Source: an uncultured Gammaproteobacteria bacterium (GTDB lineage Bacteria > Patescibacteriota > Microgenomatia > 2-02-FULL-39-11). Taken from it: a stretch of 64,000 bases of DNA. Shown here in pieces: positions 21,074 to 31,436 of this stretch (the stretch's first letter is position 1; the number at the start of each line of letters is the position of its first letter). Location: assembly GCA_964544585.1 (NCBI GenBank), contig CAZJBV010000002.1, forward strand, positions 67,468 through 131,467. Reading direction: 5' to 3'. The position numbers and the translations under genes were made by a program. The notes under the pieces are model-generated. The model ran no database searches. It had not been told where the DNA came from and worked only from the letters and a program-made list of their open reading frames with translations.

Positions 21074-21915
21074 TTATAATGCGCATAACAGGAGGATTAG
21101 GCAATCAACTTTTTCAGTATGCCACAGGAAGGACCCTTTCGGAAAAGTTTAATACTACCTTAAAGCTTGATATCACTGAAGTATTGACCAAAAAATATCG
21201 AAAATTCTTATTAGATCGCTTTCGCATAAAAGCTCAAACCGCTTCTCCAGAAGTAGTAAAAAAATTCTGGAGATTCTCAGTTCACAATCTTTTCCGATCT
21301 CCCGAATATAAAGTATTCAAAGAAAAACACTTTCATTACGACCACGAATTTGAAAAAATAAAAGACAATACTTACATCGTAGGTTTTTTTCAGAGCGATA
21401 AATACTTCAACAATATCAAGCAGTTAATTAAAAGAGAATTCTCTCTCAAAAATGGGTTATCGACAGAAAGCAAAAAAATTGCTGCAAAAATAAAGTCAGT
21501 AAATGCCGTCTCTATAAATGTTAGAAGAGGAGATTATGTCAGTGATCCTATTATTCATAAGCGCCACGGATTTATAGGAGTAGACTATTTTTTGAAAGCC
21601 ATTAACTATATTAAAAAAAATACTTCCAATCCTCACTTTTTTTTATTTTCAGATGACATACAGTGGGTAAAAGAAAATCTTCATATCCCGCATCAATCGA
21701 CATACGTCGACCTAAACTTCCCAGATCATGTCGAAGAAAATCTTATTCTCGGTAGCCTTTGTAATCATAATATCATTACCAACAGCACCTTTAGTTGGTG
21801 GGTGGGCTGGTTAAATGCAAATAAAAAAAAGATCGTCGTCGCCCCTAAAAAATGGTTCAAAGATTTGGATGTTTCGACAAAAGATTTATTTCCAAAATCT
21901 TGGATTCTTCTTTAA
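21070..21915 (+). CDS. Alpha-1,2-fucosyltransferase family (GT11)
   Basis: GGLGNQLFQYA, GFFQS, VRRGDY, FSDD, NSTFSWW, APKKW motifs. Confidence 0.92.
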   Translation: MIIMRITGGLGNQLFQYATGRTLSEKFNTTLKLDITEVLTKKYRKFLLDRFRIKAQTASPEVVKKFWRFSVHNLFRSPEYKVFKEKHFHYDHEFEKIKDNTYIVGFFQSDKYFNNIKQLIKREFSLKNGLSTESKKIAAKIKSVNAVSINVRRGDYVSDPIIHKRHGFIGVDYFLKAINYIKKNTSNPHFFLFSDDIQWVKENLHIPHQSTYVDLNFPDHVEENLILGSLCNHNIITNSTFSWWVGWLNANKKKIVVAPKKWFKDLDVSTKDLFPKSWILL

Positions 21916-21917
21916 AA

Positions 21918-22943
21918 ATGGAAAATAATATTTTAGTCCGCATCATTAAAAATTATGACTGGCCAAATATCTTCCGTCAAACTCCCAAAGGTAAAGGGGT
22001 ATGGAGCGGAATAAAATTTACCGAAGATGAAATTTCGGATCCCGATTTTATTGTTGTCCTCAACTGGTCCTCCCAAAAAATATCCACCACAATTAACAAA
22101 AATAATGTCTGGCTTATTCTCCAGGAACCGCCTAACGAATTTTTTAAAATGATGCACAAAGGAAATAATGTATATTCACGAATATTTACCCAAGATATAA
22201 CATTAACAGGAAAAAGATTTGTTCATAGTCAGCCGGCAATTCCCTGGTTTATAAATATGACTTATGATGAGTTGAAAAAATGCAAAATTCCCAAGAAAAA
22301 TAAAACTGTTTCCCTTATTACCAGTCTTAAAAGTAATTTTTTAGGACACAAAAAAAGACTTGTATTTGCCCGGATGTTAAAAAGACAACTCGACGTCGAT
22401 ATTATCGCAACGAGTGATTACTACATCCGCCAAAATCCCCAAATTACACACAAAGAAATAGAAGCAAAATTATTAAATAAAGAATACACCAAAGTACTCA
22501 AGGATAAGTGGGATGCACTCGCTTCCTATAAATATAGTATCGTCATCGAAAATTATAAGGGTCCTCATTATTTCAGCGAAAAGCTAATTGATTGCTTTTT
22601 GACCTGGACTTTCCCCATCTACTTCGGCTGTATCAATTTAGGTCAGTATTTTCCCAAAGAGTCATTCATATCAATAGATATAGATAAACCAGATTCAATA
22701 AATAAAATAAAAGAAGTTTTAGGAAAAGACATCTGGAGTAGAAAGCTGAGAGCGTTAAACAAAGCCCGAACCCTTGTTTTAGAAAAATATCAATTTTTTC
22801 CTTATATGGCAAAATATGTAAAAGAGTGGCAAAAAATGGCAAAAACAAGAAAAAAAGAAAATATAATTATTCCTAAACAGGACTCTCTACTCTCCCAAGC
22901 TAAGATGAGTCTATTTTCTAAATTGAGAACGATAATAAAATGA
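21918..22943 (+). CDS. GT10 (alpha-1,3-fucosyltransferase-like) glycosyltransferase
   Basis: QEPP and YKYSIVIEN...YFSEKLIDC...PIYFG motifs. ATG at 21918 preferred. Confidence 0.85.
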   Translation: MENNILVRIIKNYDWPNIFRQTPKGKGVWSGIKFTEDEISDPDFIVVLNWSSQKISTTINKNNVWLILQEPPNEFFKMMHKGNNVYSRIFTQDITLTGKRFVHSQPAIPWFINMTYDELKKCKIPKKNKTVSLITSLKSNFLGHKKRLVFARMLKRQLDVDIIATSDYYIRQNPQITHKEIEAKLLNKEYTKVLKDKWDALASYKYSIVIENYKGPHYFSEKLIDCFLTWTFPIYFGCINLGQYFPKESFISIDIDKPDSINKIKEVLGKDIWSRKLRALNKARTLVLEKYQFFPYMAKYVKEWQKMAKTRKKENIIIPKQDSLLSQAKMSLFSKLRTIIK

Positions 22944-23896
22944 CTAACCCCATCTTCTCCGTAGTTGTTTGCACTCTTAATCGAAAAGAGGCACTTGAAA
23001 AAAACATCGAAAGTCTATTAGACCAAACATTTGATTATCAAAAGTTTGAAATAATAGTTGTCGATGATGGATCTAACGATGGTACAGCCAATTATCTCAA
23101 AACCAAAGCACGAAAGACAAAAGAACCAAAAATAAGAGTCATAATGCATAAAAACAAAGGATTAGCTCATTCACGAAATATTGCCGTCAAAAAAGCTAGA
23201 GGGGAATTCATGGCTTTCATCGACGATGATGCCGTAGCCAGTAGAAACTGGCTCAAAAATGCCTACGGATGTATTAGTTCCGTAAATCCTAAACCTCAAG
23301 GAGTAACAGGTCCAGTAAAGTCCTATTATAAAGTTAAAAAACCTATCTGGTTTAAAGATGAATATGTCGATGACATTAAAGGAATAAAGGAGAGGTTCCT
23401 TAAAACTGGCGAAGCTTTTTCTGGACCAAATATGATCCTAAATAAAGAGATAATAAAAAAATACGGCGGCTTTGATGAATTAGTTGATATGAAAGGAGCC
23501 TTGTTAATGCTAGGCGAGGAGACAAAACTTTTTGAACGTATCTGGAAAAATAATATCGACAAAAAAATACTCTATTACTCTCCCCAAATTATTGTCAATC
23601 ACTTAATTCATCCCTTCAAGCTAACAATTTCATATACTCTAAAACGATGGTTTGCCACAGGTCAATCATATTACTTAAGACATAAAAGAAGCGGACTTCT
23701 AGAAAAAACGGGCATGACTTTTAGAATAGTTGGTTTTACAATTATATCGACGCTGCTGGCTGTTATACTCATTCCTTTTTATAGAAGATATCAAAATTGG
23801 CTGATAGAACGAATCGGACCAATTCTTTTCTGCCTAGGCTTCATCACTTCACTTGCACGCATTTCCTATAACATGAAACAATATAATCGGATATGA
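22940..23896 (+). CDS. GT2 glycosyltransferase
   Basis: SVVVCTLNR, VVDDGS, FIDDDA, GGFDE, GEET motifs. Confidence 0.88.
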   Translation: MTNPIFSVVVCTLNRKEALEKNIESLLDQTFDYQKFEIIVVDDGSNDGTANYLKTKARKTKEPKIRVIMHKNKGLAHSRNIAVKKARGEFMAFIDDDAVASRNWLKNAYGCISSVNPKPQGVTGPVKSYYKVKKPIWFKDEYVDDIKGIKERFLKTGEAFSGPNMILNKEIIKKYGGFDELVDMKGALLMLGEETKLFERIWKNNIDKKILYYSPQIIVNHLIHPFKLTISYTLKRWFATGQSYYLRHKRSGLLEKTGMTFRIVGFTIISTLLAVILIPFYRRYQNWLIERIGPILFCLGFITSLARISYNMKQYNRI

Positions 23897-25440
23897 AAAA
23901 ACTAGTTTTTCTACTGCTCTTTATTACATTTTTAAAAGAAATTGTTTGGATAGCGTTCGTACCTCTCTGGCATTTTCCCGACGAGCAGTCTCACTTTGGA
24001 CAAATTGCTTTCTTGGCCGAAAAAGGAAGAATGCCTTATGATGAAGAGCTAAGTCTCACTGAAGAAATAAGAAAATCAGAAGAATTATTGAGTACAGAAA
24101 GAGATGAATTAGGTATTAATAAATTTACTTATCATCATGAATACAGAATCGAGTACACCCAAAAACTGACAGGAAAATATGAATCTCAAATTAATAACCT
24201 GAAAAATAATCAAAAAGCTCGAAAAATGGTAAAAATAGAAGCTAGTCGATATCATCCTTTTTATTATGCAGTTTTGGGGAGTATCTATAGATTATTTTAT
24301 TACAATACTCTTATTAATAGAGTATTTATCAGTCGGATTTTCCAATCCCTCCTTTCGGTTTTGGTTGTTTTAATAGCTTTTAATGTAGGCAAATATATAT
24401 TCAGAAACCAATTACAATCTCTAACTCTCGCCATTCTTGTTTCCTTTCACCCTATGTTTTCTTTTGTCTCTGCCGGAGTCAACAGTGACAATTTAGGCAC
24501 ATTATTATTTAGCGCCTTCATTCTAATTACTCTTATCATTTTGCATAAAAAGATTAATTTCAAAAATATTTTTATTCTCGGCACAATATCATTATTAACA
24601 TTTATCATCAAACCCCAATATTTCATCGTTTTTCCCTTATCTGTCATGCTTTTTGTTTTCAAAATTTTAATAAGTCTGGAAAATATTCAAATAAAAATTA
24701 TAAAATCAGTTAGTCTAATTGCTCTTTCCTTTATCCTCTTATCCTTTATCCTGCGATTAGGTTTAGGTTCAGGAGTTCTAGTATCAAAATTTATTACTAA
24801 TTTTTCTCCTATTGAACTTACAGCTTATTTTCGCTCGTATGTCATACCCCATCTATATAGAGAAGTATTACCCTGGTATTGGGGAATATACAATTGGCTG
24901 GGTGTGACATACCCCAGAATCGTCCATCGGACTGTAAATTGGATCGGTTTAATTTCGATGGTCGGCCTTGGTCTCATCTTTATAAAAAATAAATTCCGAT
25001 TGACACAGTTTCCCTTAAAAGAAATTGTCTGGCTGATTATCATTAATATCTTTTTTGTCACCGGAATATATTCATATGACTTTCTTGAATGGAGTCAGAA
25101 AAATATTCATCTCGGAGTCCAAGGTAGATATTTTTTTCCAGCCATAATCACCCAAATGAGTCTCATCCTTACCGGATTATTGATACTTATTCCCAAGACA
25201 TGGATTAAATTTAAAAATTATTTCACACATGGAATCGGAATTTTGATGATCGTTTTCAATTTTTATGCTCTATATATTGTGGCGGAGGCTTATTATGATC
25301 TTTCATCATTTGACAGATTTATCATCCAGGCAAGCCAGTATAAACCATGGTTTTTTAAAAGCTGGTATCTACTAAGTATATTTGGAATATACACTTCAAG
25401 CCTTGGAATTTTTCTCTTCAAATATTTGAAGAATAAATGA
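23893..25440 (+). CDS. GT-C-like membrane protein (DUF2142-like)
   Basis: PDEQSH, HPFYY, VNSDNL, QGRYFFP motifs; multi-TM. Confidence 0.7.
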   Translation: MKKLVFLLLFITFLKEIVWIAFVPLWHFPDEQSHFGQIAFLAEKGRMPYDEELSLTEEIRKSEELLSTERDELGINKFTYHHEYRIEYTQKLTGKYESQINNLKNNQKARKMVKIEASRYHPFYYAVLGSIYRLFYYNTLINRVFISRIFQSLLSVLVVLIAFNVGKYIFRNQLQSLTLAILVSFHPMFSFVSAGVNSDNLGTLLFSAFILITLIILHKKINFKNIFILGTISLLTFIIKPQYFIVFPLSVMLFVFKILISLENIQIKIIKSVSLIALSFILLSFILRLGLGSGVLVSKFITNFSPIELTAYFRSYVIPHLYREVLPWYWGIYNWLGVTYPRIVHRTVNWIGLISMVGLGLIFIKNKFRLTQFPLKEIVWLIIINIFFVTGIYSYDFLEWSQKNIHLGVQGRYFFPAIITQMSLILTGLLILIPKTWIKFKNYFTHGIGILMIVFNFYALYIVAEAYYDLSSFDRFIIQASQYKPWFFKSWYLLSIFGIYTSSLGIFLFKYLKNK

Positions 25441-26894
25441 TACTTTTTTTTATACTCGCCATCGCCTTTATTTTCCGCTTTTATAATGTCCAGGATTGGC
25501 TCTTTTTTGGCATGGACCAGGAGTATGAAGCATTTCTGGTAAAAAACATTCTTTCTGGTATTCACTTTCCCGCAATCGGCGTCAATGCCGGCGATACCGG
25601 ACTTTATCTCGGTCCACTCTTCATCTATTTTGCCGTGATCCCCTACGCCCTTTTTCAAGGCAGTCCCGTTGGAGGAGCCGTAGTCGCCTCCACTCTTGGA
25701 ATTCTAACTACATATTTCATTTATCTTCTCGGTAAACTCTGGTGGGATAAAAGTATAGGATTCATAGCTTCATTTTTATACGCGTCCTCATTTTTGGCAA
25801 CATTATACGACCGACAGTTTTGGAATCCCACTCCTATTCCTCTTGCAACAGTCATTCTTCTCTATTCTCTGACAAAGGTACTGAAGGATCAGCCAAAATA
25901 TTTGATCCTAAGTTCCGTCATTCTTGGCTTTGCCCTCCAAAGTCATTTACAGGCAGTCATCCTCTTAATAATCGCCATAGGTTTCATCGTCTATTTTCAT
26001 AAAAATATAAAAAAATCATTAATTCTTATTTTTTTTATCATTCTCATACTCTTTCAAGCGCCTTTGATCTTTTTCGATCTTCGCCACGAATTTACCAACA
26101 CCAAAGCTTTGGCAAAACTTATCATTCCATCGGAAAGAAAACAAAAGATAATCACCACAAATATTGGAGAAAGATTTAGGCTTTTTTTTAATTCACTGGG
26201 AAGATCTATTTATGTAAAAGGGCCTATCGATTTATATCTCGAAAATGGTCAGTGCGAAGAACTCATTCCCGAAAGAGGTAAAACCAATATCATCGCCATT
26301 GCCATAAGTGTAGCGATGATCTTAATATTTATTTACCGAACCCGTGCAAATCTACTGATCACATATATTTTAATAGCAACCTTCATAGGTCTTTTTATAT
26401 ACAATCACAGAATTTATGAATATTATTTTCTTTATCTATTGCCTCCATTATATTTAATCTATGCCTTTGTCCTCGTTAGTTTATTCAAAAAGAAAAAAAT
26501 TGTCTTTCTTTTTCTACTGTCTCTTTTCTTTTTATTAAACGCCAATGTATTTTTCACCGCCGGGAAAACATATTCTTTTCAAAATAAACTTCAAGCCATA
26601 AAATTTGCTTCCATTTATATAGAAGATGAAAACTACAATCTAAAAGCTTTTGGTGAATGTGGAAAGTACCAAGGATACAGATATCTTTTCGAGTATTTCG
26701 GGAAAATTCCCAACGCATCATATATGGATCCATATTTTTCATGGATTTACGGAGAGCCAAAAAAGAATAAAGTTGCCAAAGAGGTGATAGTAGCTTTAGA
26801 TGGGCGCGATTATCGCCCTTTTAAAGAAAAGGTGATCGCTGAGTCTCAATTTGGTAAGATACTAATATACATTACGAACAATGAAGAGAATTAA
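25437..26894 (+). CDS. GT-C (ArnT/PMT-like) membrane glycosyltransferase
   Basis: FRFY...FGMDQE, GPLFIY, WNPT motifs; multi-TM. Confidence 0.72.
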   Translation: MILFFILAIAFIFRFYNVQDWLFFGMDQEYEAFLVKNILSGIHFPAIGVNAGDTGLYLGPLFIYFAVIPYALFQGSPVGGAVVASTLGILTTYFIYLLGKLWWDKSIGFIASFLYASSFLATLYDRQFWNPTPIPLATVILLYSLTKVLKDQPKYLILSSVILGFALQSHLQAVILLIIAIGFIVYFHKNIKKSLILIFFIILILFQAPLIFFDLRHEFTNTKALAKLIIPSERKQKIITTNIGERFRLFFNSLGRSIYVKGPIDLYLENGQCEELIPERGKTNIIAIAISVAMILIFIYRTRANLLITYILIATFIGLFIYNHRIYEYYFLYLLPPLYLIYAFVLVSLFKKKKIVFLFLLSLFFLLNANVFFTAGKTYSFQNKLQAIKFASIYIEDENYNLKAFGECGKYQGYRYLFEYFGKIPNASYMDPYFSWIYGEPKKNKVAKEVIVALDGRDYRPFKEKVIAESQFGKILIYITNNEEN

Positions 26895-28146
26895 GATACT
26901 TATTTTTTCCCCTACAGCCCTTTCTACTTACTATGTTTTTTCCGGAAACATCATCTCTGCCATATTGGCATTTCTATATACTGTCCTCCTTGTTCGCAAC
27001 CTCTCCCTCGCAGACATTGGCTATTTTTCTGCCCTCTGGTCATTTTTGCTTCTTATTGCCGATGTAGCCGAACTTGGCATTGGCACCTCTCTTTCAGCCT
27101 TCGTCCCCATAGCCAAAAGTATAAATGATAGGTTCAATGTAATTAAAACAGCCATGATAATCCAATTTGTTGTAGCTCTATTATTTTCGCTGCCAATATT
27201 TATATTTTCGGATATCATTGCTTCCTTTCTCTTTCATTCGGAGAATTTAAACATACTGGTAAAAGTTACCAGCGTAGGCATTTTTATAGCCGTCATTAAT
27301 TACTTTTATCAATTGGCACTTACATCAGAGGAACGCTTTCTCAAAGTCGCTCTTTTTTCTATTTCCGGAAGCCTGTTTCGCTTAGGGTCTGGTCTAATAC
27401 TCGTCCTGATTTCTCTATTTACTTTAAAAAATGCAGTCATGACACAAGTATTCTCATTAGGCTTATTATTTCTATTAGGAATATTATTGCACCGAAATTC
27501 CATTCTAAAGGGGAAACTTTTACCACTATTTATTAAGAATTTTCTTGCATTTTCTTCATTCCTGGGGATCGCCCGGGGAATGACAGCTTTAGCGTCCCGA
27601 CTTGATGTTCTCATGATTGTGGCAATACGTGGCCCGACAGAAGCAGGCATCTACGCCATTGCCGCAAGAGTAATCTCTCTCTATCCGCTTCTTTCCGGTA
27701 GTTTCAGCTCGGTTCTCGCCCCCAAAATAGCAGCGTTTCGAGAAAAACAGGAGCTCATCAAATTTACTAAAAAAGTTATCCTGGCAACTTTGGGAATAAT
27801 TTTTACCATCATAATTCTCATAATAATAGCCAATCCATTTATGACATTACTCTTTCAGGAAAAGGGAACACAAGCATCTGGCATCTTCCAAGTACTGCTT
27901 ATAAGCATGGTATTCTTTGTCTCCTCAATTCCACCCGTCACATTAGCAGTTTACAGTCTCAAAAAGCCTCATATTTTGACCATCAATAGTTTAATCCAGG
28001 TGACCATAGTATTTTTAGGAAATCTATTCCTCATTCCTCATTTTGGCTATTTTGGCGCCGCCTACTCACTCATCGCGGCTTATGCCATTTCATTAGTTTT
28101 AACCACAGTCTTAACTATTTATTATTTAAATAAAAGATATGGCTAA
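26881..28146 (+). CDS. wzx: Wzx-type oligosaccharide flippase
   Basis: About 12 TM segments; RLDVLMI, EAGIYAIAAR, LIPHFGYFGAA motifs. Confidence 0.85.
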   Translation: MKRIKILIFSPTALSTYYVFSGNIISAILAFLYTVLLVRNLSLADIGYFSALWSFLLLIADVAELGIGTSLSAFVPIAKSINDRFNVIKTAMIIQFVVALLFSLPIFIFSDIIASFLFHSENLNILVKVTSVGIFIAVINYFYQLALTSEERFLKVALFSISGSLFRLGSGLILVLISLFTLKNAVMTQVFSLGLLFLLGILLHRNSILKGKLLPLFIKNFLAFSSFLGIARGMTALASRLDVLMIVAIRGPTEAGIYAIAARVISLYPLLSGSFSSVLAPKIAAFREKQELIKFTKKVILATLGIIFTIIILIIIANPFMTLLFQEKGTQASGIFQVLLISMVFFVSSIPPVTLAVYSLKKPHILTINSLIQVTIVFLGNLFLIPHFGYFGAAYSLIAAYAISLVLTTVLTIYYLNKRYG

Positions 28147-29026
28147 TCTAAAAATAACAGTTCATATGATAGTCAAAAATGAAGATAGATTCATTTGGTA
28201 TGCGATTAAGTCAGTCTTAGATTATATTGATAAATTATTGATATTTGATACAGGAAGTAAAGATAATACAGTTGAAATAATAAAAAATATAAATTCCCCC
28301 AAAATAGATTTCGAACAAAAAGGCAATGTAAATTCAAAAAAATTAGTAGAATTACGCCAAGAGCAGATAGAAAAGACTAAAACAGACTGGATTTGGATAG
28401 TCGATGGAGATGAAATCTATCCAGATGTAACCATAAAAGAGATATTAAAATATATAAACCAAAATCGCCATATAGGCGGAATCGTCAGGCGCTTCGATCT
28501 ACTCGGGGATATTTATCATTATCAGGATGAAAGCGTAGGTAGTTACCATCTTTTAGGCATGACAGGACATCTCGTACTTCGATGTCTAAACATTAAAAAA
28601 ATTGACGGCCTTCATCTCAAAGGTCTTTACCCAAACGAAGGCTATTATGACAGAAATGACCAAGTACTCATTGATTACCCCCGCAAAGATTTCTTTTTTA
28701 CCAGAAATAGATTATTTCATGCCATGTATTTAGAGAGATCAAGTCTAGGTAGAAATTTATTACAGACGTTACACAGAAGAAAATATAAAATAGAGGAAGG
28801 CAATTATTTTTCCGCAACCGAGGAATTCCCCAATATTTTTTTCCAAAAACATCCCCAACTTGTTTCAGATGTGACGGCAACCCGTGATGTCCGCTACGAT
28901 ATTGCCGCAAAACTAATTACTCCGATAAAAAAACTAAAACGAAATATCTTTAATACACCTGGAAGGTGGCCGGATGCCTGCCTGCCGGCAAGGCAGGGAC
29001 TCCTTCCAGGTGGAAAAAATAAATGA
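28139..29026 (+). CDS. GT2 glycosyltransferase with a repeat-derived C-terminal tail
   Basis: HMIVKNE, DTGSKD, WIVDGDE motifs. Confidence 0.85.
   Translation: MANLKITVHMIVKNEDRFIWYAIKSVLDYIDKLLIFDTGSKDNTVEIIKNINSPKIDFEQKGNVNSKKLVELRQEQIEKTKTDWIWIVDGDEIYPDVTIKEILKYINQNRHIGGIVRRFDLLGDIYHYQDESVGSYHLLGMTGHLVLRCLNIKKIDGLHLKGLYPNEGYYDRNDQVLIDYPRKDFFFTRNRLFHAMYLERSSLGRNLLQTLHRRKYKIEEGNYFSATEEFPNIFFQKHPQLVSDVTATRDVRYDIAAKLITPIKKLKRNIFNTPGRWPDACLPARQGLLPGGKNK
28956..29012. repeat. 57-bp hairpin element: 36-bp host plus 21-bp CCTGCC palindrome
   Basis: Perfect inverted arms CACCTGGAAGG (28956-28966) and CCTTCCAGGTG (29002-29012); insert CCTGCCTGCCGGCAAGGCAGG at 28977-28997. Confidence 0.92.
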
Positions 29027-30018
29027 AAATAGCCTTTTTAAATATCTACCACGGAATTGTCGAAAGGGGTTCCGAAGTATTTGTTGAAAATTTATCCCAA
29101 AAATTAGCCCAAAATCATACCGTCAGAGTTTTTCATCAAGATATAAATACTCCTATTCGTAAAAGCCAAGATTTTTTATATGATCTTTCAGTATTTTTGT
29201 TCACCCTTAGCTCTCTGCCTCAACTATGGAAAGAAAAATTCGACTGGATCATCCCCATAAACGGACGCCTGCAAGTATTACTCGTAAGAATACTGCGATT
29301 TTTTCGCGGAGGAAAAATTCTTATTTCTGGCCACGCAGGAGTAGGAGCAGAGGATAAATGGAATATTCTAATTGGAAAACCGGATATCTTTGTTGCTCTA
29401 AGCCCGACCGCATCTGCCTGGGCAAAAAAAATAAACTCCCGCACAAAATACATCCCAAACGGCGTAGATATTGAAAATTTCTCGCCAAATGGAAGAAAAG
29501 CAACAATTCCCTTAAAAAAGCCAATAGTTTTAGTTACGAGCGCACTTCTTCCCTATAAAAGAGTCGAATTGACAATTGAAGCCGTTTCCGAGCTTAAAAA
29601 CACTAGCCTTCTGGTAATAGGCGACGGTCCTTTAAAAAATAAAATAGAAAATTTAGGAAACAATAAATTACAAAATCGATTTCTTCTTATCCCTAAAGTT
29701 TCCTACCGAGAAATCCCTTCTTACTATCGATCAGTAGACGTCTTTACTCTTCCAAGTCGCGAGTCCGAAGCCTTTGGTATTGTCTATCTCGAGGCACTGG
29801 CAACAAATATCCCTGTTGTTGCACCAGATGATGAAAATAGAATCAAAATTATAGGAAATGCCGGCATCTTTTGTAATATCGAAAATACAAAGGAGTATAG
29901 TAAAGCTATTGAAAAAGCACTCAATACGAACTGGGCAAATATTCCACGCAGGGAAGCAGAAAAATTTTCCTGGGAAAAAATAGCCAAGAAGTATGAAGAA
30001 ATATTTCTCTCTTATTAA
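29023..30018 (+). CDS. GT4 glycosyltransferase
   Basis: IPNGVD, YKRV, EAFGIVYLEALA motifs. Confidence 0.9.
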   Translation: MKIAFLNIYHGIVERGSEVFVENLSQKLAQNHTVRVFHQDINTPIRKSQDFLYDLSVFLFTLSSLPQLWKEKFDWIIPINGRLQVLLVRILRFFRGGKILISGHAGVGAEDKWNILIGKPDIFVALSPTASAWAKKINSRTKYIPNGVDIENFSPNGRKATIPLKKPIVLVTSALLPYKRVELTIEAVSELKNTSLLVIGDGPLKNKIENLGNNKLQNRFLLIPKVSYREIPSYYRSVDVFTLPSRESEAFGIVYLEALATNIPVVAPDDENRIKIIGNAGIFCNIENTKEYSKAIEKALNTNWANIPRREAEKFSWEKIAKKYEEIFLSY

Positions 30019-31432
30019 TATTATTCCACTTCTAGTAATTCTTTATGCCTTTATCATCTTTCTTCCCGGCTTTTCTCTGTTTTTTCATCAGGATGATTTT
30101 ATACATCTAGCAGTGAGCCAGCACCTCTCTCAAATAATAAACGCCTTTAATTTATTTTCCCAAGGCGAATTTGCCTTTTATCGCCCGCTCCCCACCCAAG
30201 TCTATTACTATTTAGGAAAATTAGTCTTTGGCCTTAATCCTTTCGGCTACCATAGCATCAATTTTCTTATCTTTTCCGCAAACATAATTTTAGTTTTTAT
30301 CCTAGGAATTCAACTTATAGGAAAAAAAATAATAGGCGCCCTCGCCTCAGTTTTCTATGGTATTAATAGCACTCACGTTGCTCCTCTATTTGCCGCGGCC
30401 TATGTTCATGAACTACTTTATACTTTTTTTGGTTTAGTTTGCATTTTAGCTTATATTAAAAAACGATATCTTTTATCCCTCATCGTTTTTATCCTTGCCC
30501 TCATGACAAAAGAAAATGCCCTCGCTCTTCCTGGTATCTTGGCTCTTTATGAAATAATTTTTAAAAAAAATTCAATTCCCAAAACAATAAGAATCATCAT
30601 TCCTTATGCTCTAATCCTTAGTATTTATCTTTTTGGTCATTTCTTCTTCTATGGAATTGCCCAAAGTTCTTCTTATCAAGTGATTATAGGTAAACCGACC
30701 CTCAACATTTTAATTTGGTATTTCCTCTGGGCGCTCTCGACCCCGAATATTTTAATTGATTTTCTGGGGTCAAAATTCGTTTTAAATCCAGTTTTTTTTG
30801 CCGTTTCCGGCTTCCATGGTTATACATATCTTATTTCCTTTTCTCTTTTTTTACTCTTCCTTTTAGTCTTTAGTTTTATATTTTTCAAAACAGATAATCT
30901 TTTGAAAAGATACATACTTTTTGCCTCCCTTTGGTTTATAGTTGGACTTATTCCACTTCTTCCATTTCCCCTTCATAAACTTGGTACCGAGCAAGCATTT
31001 TCTCTAGTCGGATTGTCATTGGGTCTAGCCACAATTTTATCTTTTATATGGCAAAAAAAGTGGGGCAGACCTTTTGTCGGTCTATCTCTCTTTTTCTTTT
31101 TACTAATTTCTACAAATTCAATTATTCTCGCAAGAAAAACTCATTGGATCGTCAAAAGCAGCAGGGAGGGAGAGAAAGTAATTAATTATTTCCGGCAAAG
31201 GTATAACCAAATACCAAAAGATTCTATTATATATTTTGAAAACGGTGAAATTGTTATCCCCGAATATGGTTCTTCAAAACAATTATATTATTCTTTGGGT
31301 GGGGGAGAAGCATTGCGAATTTTCTTAGAAAAGCCAGAACTACAAATCTATTTTGAGGATATAAACCCTCCCCCCAAAAATACTGACCCAAATAAAATTA
31401 TTCCCATAGATTCTTCCCAATTTATAAATTAA
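29993..31432 (+). CDS. GT-C-like membrane glycosyltransferase
   Basis: FFHQDDF, FYRPL, LALMTKE motifs; multi-TM. Confidence 0.7.
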   Translation: MKKYFSLINIIPLLVILYAFIIFLPGFSLFFHQDDFIHLAVSQHLSQIINAFNLFSQGEFAFYRPLPTQVYYYLGKLVFGLNPFGYHSINFLIFSANIILVFILGIQLIGKKIIGALASVFYGINSTHVAPLFAAAYVHELLYTFFGLVCILAYIKKRYLLSLIVFILALMTKENALALPGILALYEIIFKKNSIPKTIRIIIPYALILSIYLFGHFFFYGIAQSSSYQVIIGKPTLNILIWYFLWALSTPNILIDFLGSKFVLNPVFFAVSGFHGYTYLISFSLFLLFLLVFSFIFFKTDNLLKRYILFASLWFIVGLIPLLPFPLHKLGTEQAFSLVGLSLGLATILSFIWQKKWGRPFVGLSLFFFLLISTNSIILARKTHWIVKSSREGEKVINYFRQRYNQIPKDSIIYFENGEIVIPEYGSSKQLYYSLGGGEALRIFLEKPELQIYFEDINPPPKNTDPNKIIPIDSSQFIN

Positions 31433-31436
31433 GTCA

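Noticed and set aside
12538-29012. Repeat-insert-repeat cassettes read as a CRISPR mini-array
   Set aside because: The arms are inverted rather than direct, the copies are dispersed, the inserts are themselves repeats, and no cas genes are present.
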